A DNA stretch of 64,000 nt, taken from NCBI GenBank assembly GCA_964016885.1, contig OZ024746.1:3906001-3970000 (forward strand), in the 5' to 3' direction. Shown piece by piece: positions 11,494 to 22,904 of the stretch (position 1 is the stretch's first letter; every line of letters begins with the position of its first letter). The notes below the pieces were generated by a model. The model saw nothing but the letters and a program-made list of their open reading frames with translations. It made no database searches and was not told the DNA's origin. The stretch comes from Eledone cirrhosa (lineage: Eukaryota). Both the position numbers and the translations under genes were made by a program.

Positions 11494-12760
11494 GGACTTA
11501 AAATTAACCTGGCTAAGACCAAAGTACTAGTTTGTAGGAAAGAAAACAAGGCGGCGGTCCCTTCTGGGAAATGGTCGTGCTCGGTGTGTAGGAAAGGCGT
11601 AGGTAGAAACTCCATTTTATGTCCTAAATGCAAAGTATGGGTGCATAAAAGATGTAGTGGGATCACAGGTAAGCTAACTAAGAACATAGATTTTACATGT
11701 GGCCGGTGCTCTGGTGCAATAAGTAGCAGCAAGTGCCCACAAACTACTAGCTCTTTCAATTGCGCAGAGGGTTCTATAGAAATAGTGGACAGCTTCCGTT
11801 ACCTGGGCGATAAAATCAGCAGTGGGGGAGGGTGCTCTGAAAGTACTGTAGCTAGAGTCAGAACTGGTTGGAAAAAGTTCAGAGAGCTTATACCACTATT
11901 AGCTGCTAAAGGGTTATCACTAAAAATGAAAGGCAGGTTGTACGATGCCTGCATACGAACAGCAATGCTGCATGGCAGTGAGACCTGGGCATTGTGTGCA
12001 GAGGATATACGCAGACTAGAGAGGAACGAAGCTTGCATGCTCCGCTGGATGTGTAACAGTAATATACGTGAACGGCAAAGCATAAACGAACTAAGGAAAA
12101 AATTAGAGATAAGAGGGATCAGATGTTGTTTACTCGAGAGAAGGCTACGTTGGTATGGACACGTGATGCGCATGAAAGTCGATAGCTGTATAACAAAGTG
12201 CAGGGCAATAAAGATAGACGGTAGTCACGGAATAGGCAGACCTAGAAAAACCTGGGACGAGCTGATAAACTCCGACATCACACACTTACACCTCTCCAAG
12301 ACAATGTCACTGGACCGAGACCTTTGGCGGTACTCAGTAACAGAGAAGACCCGCCTTACCTAAATATATAGTAAAACCTACTCCAGCCAGTAGGCATCTC
12401 TAACAAAATACACCCCGTCCCACCACCACCACCCCCACCCGATCCACACCACCCCGTTCTATGTAAAGTTATGTTGGTGCCGCGCCATCGAGGCCGAAAC
12501 AAATGAGATCGTGTAGGTGTCACGACAAAAAAACACACAGTCCACGCTGTAATGTGGCCGTGTAGGCAACACGGTAAAAACCTCCCAGACCCACACTGTA
12601 AATGTGGTTGGTGTTAGGAAGGGCATCCAACTGTAGAAAACCTGCCAGACAGTACTATGCGAGCAAGACAATCACTCTTGCCTCAAGTGGGACTACCCCC
12701 GTCCAAACCCATGCAAGCGTGGAACACGGACGTTAAACGTTGATGATGATGATGATGATG
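11494..12760 (+). mobile_element. 5'-truncated RTE-clade LINE: RT C-terminus with a PHD-like finger, 3' UTR and (GAT)n tail
   Basis: Uninterrupted frame 11494-12363: GLKINLAKTKVLV...FRYLG...LHGSETW...RRLRWYGHVMR...GRPRKTW (RTE hallmarks). Ends ggaagggcatcc...ggacgttaaacgttgatgatgatg. Confidence 0.9.
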
Positions 12761-13140
12761 ATATAAATTTGAGGCTGTGTATTTGGAGATATTCAATCAT
12801 GTTATGTCCACTTTCCATGTTGGCATGGTTACAGTTTGAGGCGAGGTGGATGAGAGCAACTATAATTTGTTGATAGGGTCAGCTTAAGGAGCAACACTTC
12901 ACATACCACGATGAGGGTTGCCTTGTGTTGTAATTATATTTAACCCTCAGCAGCTCACTTTAGTCCAGCTGTAAGACTGGAACAAGGAAGAAAGTTTTAG
13001 TTGATAAAGCTTTGTATTCTGCAAAAAGAAAATCAATTTTCTAAGCTGGTATCAGCAAGTAAAGACATTGGTGAGTTTTCATTATGAATCAGAAGAAAGA
13101 CAGGCCTCCATACTTCTGTTATGTTACTTAATTTTATTAT

Positions 13141-13262
13141 TTTGAGTTCAAAACCTGCCGAGGCTAACTTTGCCTTTCATCCTTACGGGGTCGATAAAAT
13201 AAAGTACCAGTAATACACTCGGATAATTGCTGTCCTTGTGCCAAATGTAGAAATAATTATTT
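13141..13262 (+). mobile_element. tRNA-derived SINE with a Nin/Deu-like core
   Basis: B-box-like gagttcaaa followed by ctttgcctttcatccttacggggtcgataaaataaagtaccag; about ten copies in the window. Confidence 0.8.
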
Positions 13263-13582
13263 TGATAGGTTTAGTTAAGAGGAAAGGGCTGTAACTGTAG
13301 ACTTGGTATATCTTTTGAGATTACTGAGATGAACGTCGTTCCTGTTGGCAGCTCCTCGTGGATGACAGAAACAATGTAAACTAGGAGAGAGAAGTGACAT
13401 TCTAGGATCTAGATAAGAAGATGAGACTAACGTGGTTAATGCTGGAGTAGAGGGCGTTACAAGGTTGACGAGCGAGAAAGGAAGGCTTGGGTATAACAGT
13501 GAGGTGAACTGTTTGTATGTTTAATATCAACACTGTCCCAGATGTAGGAGCTTCAATATCTAATTATTATTTTGTGACCCTG

Positions 13583-14003
13583 AGGAGGAAGGCCAGTCTT
13601 GGCTATGTTGGGTCACCAAGTGATGGTCAGGAGGAAGGCCAGTCTTGGCTATGTTGGGTCACCAAGTGATGGTCAGGACAGGAGGAAGGCCAGTCTTGGC
13701 TATGTTGGGTCACCAAGTGATGGACAGGAAGAAGGCCAGTCTTGGCTATGTTGGGTCACCAAGTGATGGTCAGGACAGGAAGAAGGCCAGTCTTGGCTAT
13801 GTTGGGTCACCAAGTGATGGTCAGGACAGGAAGAAGGCCAGTCTTGGCTATGTTGGGTCACCAAGTGATGGTCAGGACAGGAAGAAGGCCAGTCTTGGCT
13901 ATGTTGGGTCACCAAGTGATGGTCAGGACAGGAGGAAGGCCAGTCTTGGCTATGTTGGGTCACCAAGTGATGGTCAGGAGGAAGGCCAGTCTTGGCTATG
14001 TTA
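13583..14003. repeat. 51-bp minisatellite, ~8 copies
   Basis: Unit ggccagtcttggctatgttgggtcaccaagtgatggtcaggacaggaagaa. Confidence 0.95.
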
Positions 14004-14804
14004 AGGATATTTGGTAACTAAGTGATGGTCAGCAATCGTTAGGATTTTATATTGTCATATTCAGGAGCAATAGAGGGTGATGTTTTCTTGATATGTGTAG
14101 TGATGTCGCTGTTCTGTTGATGGTGACCAGATTGGTGTGATACTATTGCAGATTTATTTTCAGGTCTTTGACTTATAATCACTGCAGGTCTAGTGTGAGG
14201 TGACATGCAGATCTGTTCCGCATATTGGAGTGGACGTATTTTGAGTGGTTTCAAGGAGTTCGCTGATGTATAGGAGAAATAGTGTAGTATATATAACGAA
14301 ACCTTAGCATATATCAGATTTGATAAAGTGTAGGTCAAATAGAGCTGCATCAATACCCACCATGATCGAGCTGACATGAAGCCGCGTATCTGAGAAACAT
14401 GTAACATATATCAGGCTTCAAATCCTGTTCTGCATCCATAATTAGATACCAAGAAAACCTGCTTCAATGCGATAATGATAATTTAGACATTCTAGCCTCT
14501 TCAACAATACAATTATTTCACCAGCTTTTGCAATTCCCGCACTTAATTCAGCCTCCTGCCTTCATAATGAGGAACAAATATTGCACCAATATACAAGTGA
14601 AACCCTCGAAGCTGCTACAAATTTTACATCACCAAATCTCCCTATCTCTGAGGATCTTTTCTAATATAACATAGATAAAACTGAATCCCCAAAACATTCC
14701 CTACATCCCAGAGAGAAAATATCCCAGCCCTGATCAGGTGCTGACTTCCTTTACGAAGCTCAAGACCCATAAGGAAATACTGCTCATACATCTGGGTCAG
14801 TGCT

Positions 14805-15910
14805 GACCAACACTATATTATACAATGTACCACCACCCAGGGGCCACATTAACCAACACTATATTATACAATGTACCACCACCAAGGGGCCACATTAACC
14901 AACACTATATCATACAATGTACCACCACCCAGGGGCCACATTAACCAACACTATATTATACAATGTACCACCACCCAGGGGCCACATTAACCAACACTAT
15001 ATTATACAATGTACCACCAACCAGGGGCCACATTAACCACCACTATATTATACAATATACCACCACCAAGGGGCCACATTAACCAACACTATATTATACA
15101 ATGTACCACCACCCAGGGGACACATTAACCAACACTATATTATACAATGTACCACCAACCAGGGGCCACATTAACCACCACTATATTATACAATATACCA
15201 CCACCAAGGGGCCACATTAACCAACACTATATTATACAATGTACCACCACCCAGGGGCCACATTAACCAACACTATATCATACAATGTACCACCACCCAG
15301 GGGCCACATTAACCAACACTATATTATACAATGTACCACCACCCAGGGGCCACATTAACCAACACTATATTATACAATATACCACCACCAAGGGGCCACA
15401 TTAACCAACACTATATTATACAATGTACCACCACCCAGGGGCCACATTAACCAACACTATATCATACAATGTACCACCACCCAGGGGCCACATTAACCAA
15501 CACTATATCATACAATATACCACCACCAAGGGGCCACATTAACCAACACTATATTATACAATGTACCACCACCCAGGGGTCACATTAACCAACACTATAT
15601 TATACAATATACCACCACCAAGGGGCCACATTAACCAACACTATATTATACAATGTACGACCACCCAGGGGCCACATTAACCAACACTATATTATACAAT
15701 GTACCACCACCCAGGGGCCATATTAACCAACACTATATTATACAATATACCACCACCAAGGGGCCACACTAACCAACACTATATTATACAATGTACCACC
15801 ACCCAGGGGCCACATTAACCAACACTATATTATACAATGTACCACCACCAAGGGGCCACACTAACCAACACTATATCATACAATGTACCACCACCCAGGG
15901 GCCACACTAT
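14805..15910. repeat. 46-bp minisatellite, ~24 copies
   Basis: Unit gggccacattaaccaacactatattatacaatgtaccaccacccag. Confidence 0.95.
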
Positions 15911-16391
15911 ACAACCCCTCTTCAACAAAGTTCTACAACCCCCTCCATTACCCAGCTTTCCTTAACATCACACCAGTCTTACCTCCATTAACAGTACATT
16001 GTTTCTTCTAAGTAAACCAATGATATAAGTGGCTCAAATGGAAGTCCGCCATCTTTAACAGTGACTCTTCCATTATTAACTACTTTTTACTGCACCTGAG
16101 TGTTAACGTAATGTACACACACACACACACACACATACACACACACACATACATACACACATACTCACACACACATACACACACACTCACATACGCACAC
16201 ACATATACTCACACACACACACACATACTCACACACACACACTCACATATACACACATACACCCCACCCCACACACACATTGTATATGTGATTATCATCA
16301 TCATCACCATGTCATCATCCTTTAACGCCCAGTTTTTCTGCTTTCAAAGGTTAGCTGTTCCCCCTCTCTGTATATATATATATAAGGTACC

Positions 16392-16423
<32 letters not shown>

Positions 16424-16925
16424 GAAGAAACAGTCTGACAGAGAAAGTTTAACTTCTGCGAGACATGGTTCTTTTCATAAACAGTTTGATCAATGAGATG
16501 GTTGTTTCGTTAGACAAAAGACTCTACTTTGTCCAGGTTGCAGTTATTGAACATGGCACGAGATAAGAGACAACAGTTTGCTTTGTTCTCAAAGCCGAAG
16601 GGGTCAGCTTTTGGCTGGAGTTTTGTTCGGTTCACTGCTCCTGAAAAATACTCTGAAATTTGAGATTATATTCAGAAGTTCGTCACGCTGGGTGTTCTTG
16701 GAGCAAATACTTCTTTTACTTGTATGTATATTTGGATGTGTGTATGTATGTGTGTTTATGTGTGTGTGTGTGTGTATGTATTTGTGTATCTATGAATGTG
16801 TGTGTATGTATAAAAATATACATGTATATGTGCGCATATGCGTGTGCATGTATGTATACGTTTATATTTATGACATATATATATGTCGAAACGGCTTGAG
16901 CTCTGCCGTCGGGGTCATACTTGTT

Positions 16926-16969
<44 letters not shown>

Positions 16970-17052
16970 ACAAAGGAATTGTGGTAAGGAACCAAATGGA
17001 CCATAATGCACCAGAGTACTCAATACTTAGAGTAGTAGAGTGGGAAATAGGA

Positions 17053-17164
17053 AAAAGTATGACCCCGACGGCAGAGCTCAAGCCGTTTCGACGGCTATTT
17101 CTGGACTAAATTAGAATGTTTAGCCTAGTGAATAAATAGCTGAACTTTTCAAGGGGGTACTTCC
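17053..17164 (-). ncRNA. Second (inverted) copy of the U3-A8 hammerhead ribozyme
   Basis: Reverse complement of 17746-17857 with a few substitutions; core and GUC retained. Confidence 0.68.
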
Positions 17165-17745
17165 TTATATGGGAAGATTGTAGTTGTCAAGAGGATTGGT
17201 TAAAATTTATTGTAAACACAAATAAGTCTATCATGGCATTTGGTGGGAGGTAGGGGTGGCTGAACTTGCCTGTAGAACAATAGGGGAGTGAAATTACAAA
17301 ATAGATACAAACTTAAAGGGGTTTTTAACATATCTGCTATAAGTAGTTAGTAAAACGTATTCGGCCAATTCTATCTTTCTATAAGTTTTTCCTATTCTCA
17401 ACTTATTACCCTGTAATTGTAAGATAGCATTGTGATTTCTTTATTCATTTCTCACTATCTAATTTTATATACTTTAATTTTTTTTATTTATTTCTAGTAT
17501 CTTTTATTGTCTCCTACTCTCTGTCGATTTACCTATTCTATAACCTCCCTCCCCCACTTCATACACTATCCTTAGAATCTGCTGTATACATATCACTTTC
17601 AACGCTTGACCGTTCCACTCACTCCCCTATTGTTCTACAGGCAAGTTCAGCCACCCCTACCTCCCACCAAATGCCATGATAGACTTATTTGTGTTTACAA
17701 CAAATTTTAACCAATCCTCTCGACAACTACAATCTTCCCATATAA

Positions 17746-17857
17746 GGAAGTACCCCCTTGAAAAGTTCGGCTATTTATTTACCAGGATAAAAATTCTAAT
17801 TTAGTCCAGAAATAGCCGTCGAAACGGCTTGAGCTCTGCCGTCGGGGTCATACTTTT
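17746..17857 (+). ncRNA. Type I hammerhead ribozyme, U3-A8 core variant, extended stems
   Basis: Stem I ggaagta.cccc / gggg...tactttt; core UUGAAAA (17758-17764); stem II g..cggctattt / aaatagccg.c; GAAA (17821-17824); stem III cggc / gccg; GUC, predicted cleavage after 17843. Confidence 0.7.
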
Positions 17858-18146
17858 TCATATATATATATATATATATATACTGTTATTCTGTACATTT
17901 ATACTGTTAAATAAATAAATAAATACATACACAAGCACAATAACAACAAACACATATAAACACACACGAGTAAACTAAGATAGAATACATTAACCAATAC
18001 AGTCACCCAAACAAGAACACACATCAAACAAAACACTATACACACACGCAAACGCATGCGCAGAGAAGACAAACAAATAAATAAATAAATAAACAGACTA
18101 AATAAAGATGGCGTAGGCATACAATGCAACGGGAGGAAACATAATA

Positions 18147-18192
18147 GCACCACTGACGATGTTGCAGATGTGCAACGAAAGAACTTTGATAG
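18147..18192 (+). ncRNA. Probable minimal hammerhead ribozyme (partly degenerate)
   Basis: acca-CTGACGA-t gttgca gatg tgcaac-GAAA-g aa c-TT-tgat; perfect 6-bp stem II, one mismatch in stem I, CUU triplet. Confidence 0.5.
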
Positions 18193-18392
18193 ACTATATA
18201 TATATGTGTTTGTGTCTATATTGTATCTGTATTTTTGACCGTTGGTCAGTCAATGGTAACATTGAGGACCGAATAAATTAAATTAAACCGATATAAAAGA
18301 CACAGAAGCGAAAACCAACCAAACAGTGAGTGTGTTCTGTTATTAATTCTGGCAATATTATTACACAAATATGACCCTCCCCAAGTATAACA

Positions 18393-18962
18393 ATACGTAC
18401 ATATATATATGTGTGCATGTATGTATATATATATACATACTACTGTACGTCTGTATACATATATGTATGTACGTATATATACTTATATTTAAGTAACAGC
18501 CGTATTAAGAGTGAGAAATGAAATTTCGTTTCTTTTTTTCCGTTTATCGTTTTCGGTACCCCGGCCGATTAACTCACTCGATATTCAAATTAGGCTGCTC
18601 AGCCGTTAATATGCATAAGGAAAGTATATACTTTCAGACGTTCAATCATTGGCAGGAAGGTTGCTGACGATAGCTAATAAGCTTGAAACTAGTACAGCGT
18701 TCCTTTGTCAGTGTTGAACAAATGAGCAACGATGGTTGCTAGACACTGTACGGCTTAATTCGGGATGTTTGTTTACAAACACACCGAGCATTATAATAAA
18801 TGTTCGGTGAATCCATACGTACATATATATATGTGTGCATGTATGTATATATATATATATACTACTGTACGTCTGTATACATATATGTATGTACGTATAC
18901 TTACTTATATTTAAGTAACAGCCGTACTAAGAGTGAGAAATGAAATTTCGTTTCATTTTTCC

Positions 18963-18967
<5 letters not shown>
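18393..18967 (+). repeat. Partial tandem duplication (period 422 bp; ~155-bp direct repeats)
   Basis: atacgtacatatatatatgtgtgcatg...gaaatttcgtttc...ccgtttat starts at 18393 and again at 18815; the HHR lies between the two. Confidence 0.9.
18640..18719 (+). ncRNA. Type I hammerhead ribozyme with a minimal palindromic stem III
   Basis: gttg-CTGACGA-t agct aata agct t-GAAA-c ta g-TA-cagc; long interrupted stem I (gttcaatcattggcaggaaggttg / cagcgttcctttgtcagtgttgaac); predicted cleavage after A18694. Confidence 0.8.
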
Positions 18968-19032
<65 letters not shown>

Positions 19033-19113
19033 GTTATTCCGGGTTGAATCGGAGGTAACCACAGTAAGTAAGGTACTCAATACATAGCAGAGTATAAAAG
19101 TTTTAATATAGAG

Positions 19114-19166
19114 GAGATTCTACAGGACTAGAACTGTTTCATTCTTTAGAAATCATCAGGAATCTC
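19114..19166 (-). ncRNA. Type I hammerhead ribozyme
   Basis: Minus strand gagattc-CTGATGA-t ttc taaa gaa t-GAAA-cag ttctagtc ctg-TA-gaatctc; 7-bp stem I and canonical core. Confidence 0.8.
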
Positions 19167-19202
19167 TAAAGAATGAAACCGTTCTAGTCCTGTAGAATCT
19201 CA

Positions 19203-19256
<54 letters not shown>

Positions 19257-19291
19257 CTATATATATATTTCTATATATATATATATATTTC

Positions 19292-19443
<152 letters not shown>

Positions 19444-20361
19444 TGAGTTCGAATGTACGTAAGACAATACACCTAGAGCAGAATAGAACTTATTTATGTC
19501 CGTTTGTCCTCTTGTGTATGTGGTATGATATAGAGCCGTGGAAACGTTTGAGAACCCAATTCCTCATCTTTTGCAGAGAGGGAAGAGGTAACTGCGTTTC
19601 TCCGACATTTTGAAATAAACCCAAATCTAAATTGTCTAAATTTTTGTCTACATTGTTAGATTTCAACACTAAGTAGAAACTCGAGAACAACTTATTAACC
19701 ATTTCAGTCGATAACCATAGCAAAAATCTTCAAATTTTGTATAAGCTGACACTTTGAAAAATGTTTAGAATCATCATTAGCCGCAGTATGTCTCCTTCTA
19801 ATCATTGTATATTGATCTGCGGGAAAATAATTAACAGTTTCCATATAAATGTCTATAAAATAGAAGAAGAAAAATAAAAAAGCAAAAATGTCTGCCATCA
19901 TAGCCGTTACATCAAAAATCCAACAGTGATATATCGTCACTAAAATAAGAAGTATTATGATCACATTACATTATCAAATAAACACATATCTTTACAACGA
20001 GGTAATTATATAATATTTTCCCATTTCAAAAAAAGGCTCAAGTTTAATTCAGTCTAAAAAGTACAAATTACTTGTGTAATGTGAGAGTGACTTGCGGAGG
20101 GGGGAGGGAGATAACTCAGGCTTTGGGGGACCTCTGTATATTCACCGTATTATCCAGACGAGGAAGTCTGTGTAGGAAGGGAAACAATAGACAGAAAGAT
20201 CACTAAATAAGAGAAGTGCACATCTACAATTATACATGTAGGCCAATTTGTTTGGGGGTCGTGTGTTACTGAAGCAGAATCTAAGCTTTTTTCCCGAAAA
20301 AATCATCAACTTGCCTGAAAGACCAAAATATCATGCAAACTGATTAATCAATTTACTAATG

Positions 20362-20934
20362 TATCTCGGGTCCCGAATAATGACCCCCTCCCTCCCGCTC
20401 TTATTCCAGCCATTCTGCTTATCAAATTTTTCTAATCTATCTCCAGTGAAATTTTATTTTAAGAGGTAGCATTCTTGCGACAATTAATTTTCTTTATACA
20501 TGACAAAAGGTACATCACTAAAAGTCCCATACATTATAAAATAAATAGGATGGGTTGGAGTCTCAATATGTAAATTAAACGACTAATTCTGGTTTTGAAA
20601 AAACTTCAACGGAGACAACCTAGAAACATCACCGATCTTTCCCCCTACTTAACCTCCGCTTACCCCCCCCCCTACTTAACCTCCGCTTACCCCCCGCTTA
20701 TTCCACTCCACCCCTATTATTTAGACTGTCGGACACCATATATTGCAGCATATAATTACGCCCCTTTACGTTCTGAGTTCAAATCCCACCGAGGTTAGCT
20801 TTGCCTTTCATCCTTACGAGGTCGATAAAATAAAGTACCAGTAATACACTGGGTCGATGTAATCGACTTTCCCCTGTCCTAAAATTGTTGGCCTTGTGCC
20901 TTTATCAGAAACCATTATTTGGGACCCGATAGTA
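20362..20934. mobile_element. TIR MITE with a nested SINE; homologous copy at ~7255-7537 and a fragment at ~22575-22688
   Basis: TIRs tctcgggtcccgaataat / attatttgggacccgata; shared interior ggtagcattc...aaataggatgggttgg...aaacgactaattctggtttt at 7287-7435 and 20465-20596. Confidence 0.6.
20765..20912 (+). mobile_element. Same SINE, nested in a MITE
   Basis: ttctgagttcaaatcccaccgagg...gtcgataaaataaagtaccag. Confidence 0.8.
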
Positions 20935-21538
20935 GGCTAATCAACAGCTAATGAGTCCGGCTGATTTAGCATCAATATAAAAGTTCCTTGGGTACCCTTG
21001 GTAGAACCAGCCGTCCGTCTTACATGCTCTGCAAAGTACGTATTGGGCCTTGCACTTCCTCTTCTAATGAACACCCAACTGATCTTATTACCATGTTAGA
21101 AATGATAGCCAAATTTCCCTCGTATCATAGGAAGAACACATTGGATAATACAGTCCTAGATATTACATCTGAAGAGAAACAGAGAAGTCATGACTGGAAC
21201 AACTTTGAATGTAGCTTTACTGGACCTTGGGTGACCTGGGGCTAAACAACAACAGTAGCAGTAGGAGTAGCAGCAACAACAACAACAGCAGCAGGAGTAG
21301 CAGCAACAACAACAACAGCAGCAACTCATCATCCTCCTTTCGAACGAGAAATCAAGGGTCAAGTTGTCTTCCCTGTTATTGGGACACAACTGAGTAGAGT
21401 TATGGGGGGGGGGGCATTAGAAAAAGGAAACAACAAAAACAGCAACAACAACAACTACGACGACGACGATCATCCCCACCACCACTACCACCACCCTCAC
21501 CACCTTCACCACTACTACCCCCACCACCACCACCCTGA

Positions 21539-21583
<45 letters not shown>

Positions 21584-21799
21584 AATATCGAGGAATAGAA
21601 AGAACGAAAAATATAAATATTGAAGATTTATAAATCAAAAGAAAACCTACTTCCATTTATATCAACACAATTCGAGGAATATTGAAATTTATAATTATAT
21701 TCCCAGGAATCTACCAATTTTATATAATGATAACAGAAAAACAAAATGAATGGAATCTTGGAGAATCAACAAATTATAAAGAGTAAAATCAGCCAGCTG

Positions 21800-22570
21800 G
21801 AATTTGCAGACGACATTGTGTTATTTAACTCGACAGAAGGATAGGTTTGATGCCGAGTGCTGCATGGCTGGAATGAAAGTTTGTGCTGCGAAAACTGACA
21901 CTCGTCCTCTCAAGGGAGCCTGCACAGTGCACTCTACATGTGAATGGAGTTCCACTGAAGTAGGTGGAGAAGTTCAAGTATCTCGAGGCTATGTTCATGA
22001 GTGATGGAAGGCAGGAGGCTGAATCAAGTGCGGGAATTGCAAAAGCTGGTGAAATAATGCGCCAGCTTCAGCATTCAGTAACCAGAAAAAGGGAGGTAGG
22101 TGTAAAAGTGAAACTCGCTTCAGTATTCGTGCCAACCCTTACCTATGGTCTTGGGTAATGACCGAAAGAATACGATGGAGAATACAAGCGGCCGAAAAGG
22201 GGTTCCTACGGAGGGTCTTTGGAGTAATGTTACTTGATAGAGCGCATAATTCGGAGATCAGAGAGTCACTCCATGCAGAGCTGATACTTATCCGAATTGA
22301 GAGGTCACAGCTCCGATACTATGGTCATGTGATTAGAATGTCTCAGGAAAGAATCGCTGGACGGATTTTACGGGCAAAACCAACCCTCAAGAGACCCAGA
22401 GGTAGACCCTGAGCAAGATAGTTGGATAACATCCATTAGCTTGGCTGGTCACGCTTTGGAATCCAGCTGGATCAGTTAGGGATGTTTGCTTCTGACAGAC
22501 TCGCTGGAGGGAGTGTTTGAGGACTCAGCCTCCGTCACCTTCTCAGGAATAAGTGGGCGAAGAAGAAGAT
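21800..22570 (+). mobile_element. Degraded RTE-type LINE 3' fragment with a (GAA)n tail
   Basis: FADDIVL (RT), KFKYL, PTLTYG, QLRYYGHVIRM and RPRGRP across frameshifts and stops; ends aggaataagtgggcgaagaagaaga. Shorter copies at ~5310-5502 (+) and ~14510-14562 (-). Confidence 0.85.
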
Positions 22571-22904
22571 ATATTAGCAAACATTTAATAAGTGAGGGTA
22601 GAGCTGGAATAAGAGCGCGGGTGGTGGTGGTGGAAAATATCTGAAAAATTAAGCGGGGCGGGGGACGAATATTCGAGACCCGAGAGTTGGTGATAGGTTT
22701 TAAGATAACATTTTACACCGTGTTAAAGACCACCACCATCACCACTAGAAATACATACAGATAAATACAGGATAGAGAATAATGTTACTCCCTGCAATAT
22801 TGGGACTTACTTTCGCTCTTGAAACCGTTGAAAGCCTGAATTACATTGGTCAGATCTCCTAAGTTTCTCTGGACTCCAGTTGTTTGGGTGGGAAATGATG
22901 TAAG

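Larger units (their letters stand above)
17051..17859. repeat. Long inverted repeat (~240-bp arms, ~330-bp spacer), pseudo-LTR-like
   Basis: 17051-17291 is the reverse complement of 17619-17859 with few mismatches; a third partial copy lies at 16885-16930; the element is bounded by (TA)n. Confidence 0.9.

Noticed and set aside
14030-14500. 122-aa minus-strand ORF (QLYLTYTLSNLIYAK)
   Set aside because: Only a faint resemblance to LINE post-RT motifs; too degraded to classify and has no exon signals.
13583-15910. CRISPR-like appearance of regular arrays (also the 62-bp and 39-bp arrays)
   Set aside because: The units are head-to-tail with no unique spacers, there are no cas genes, and the context is eukaryotic.
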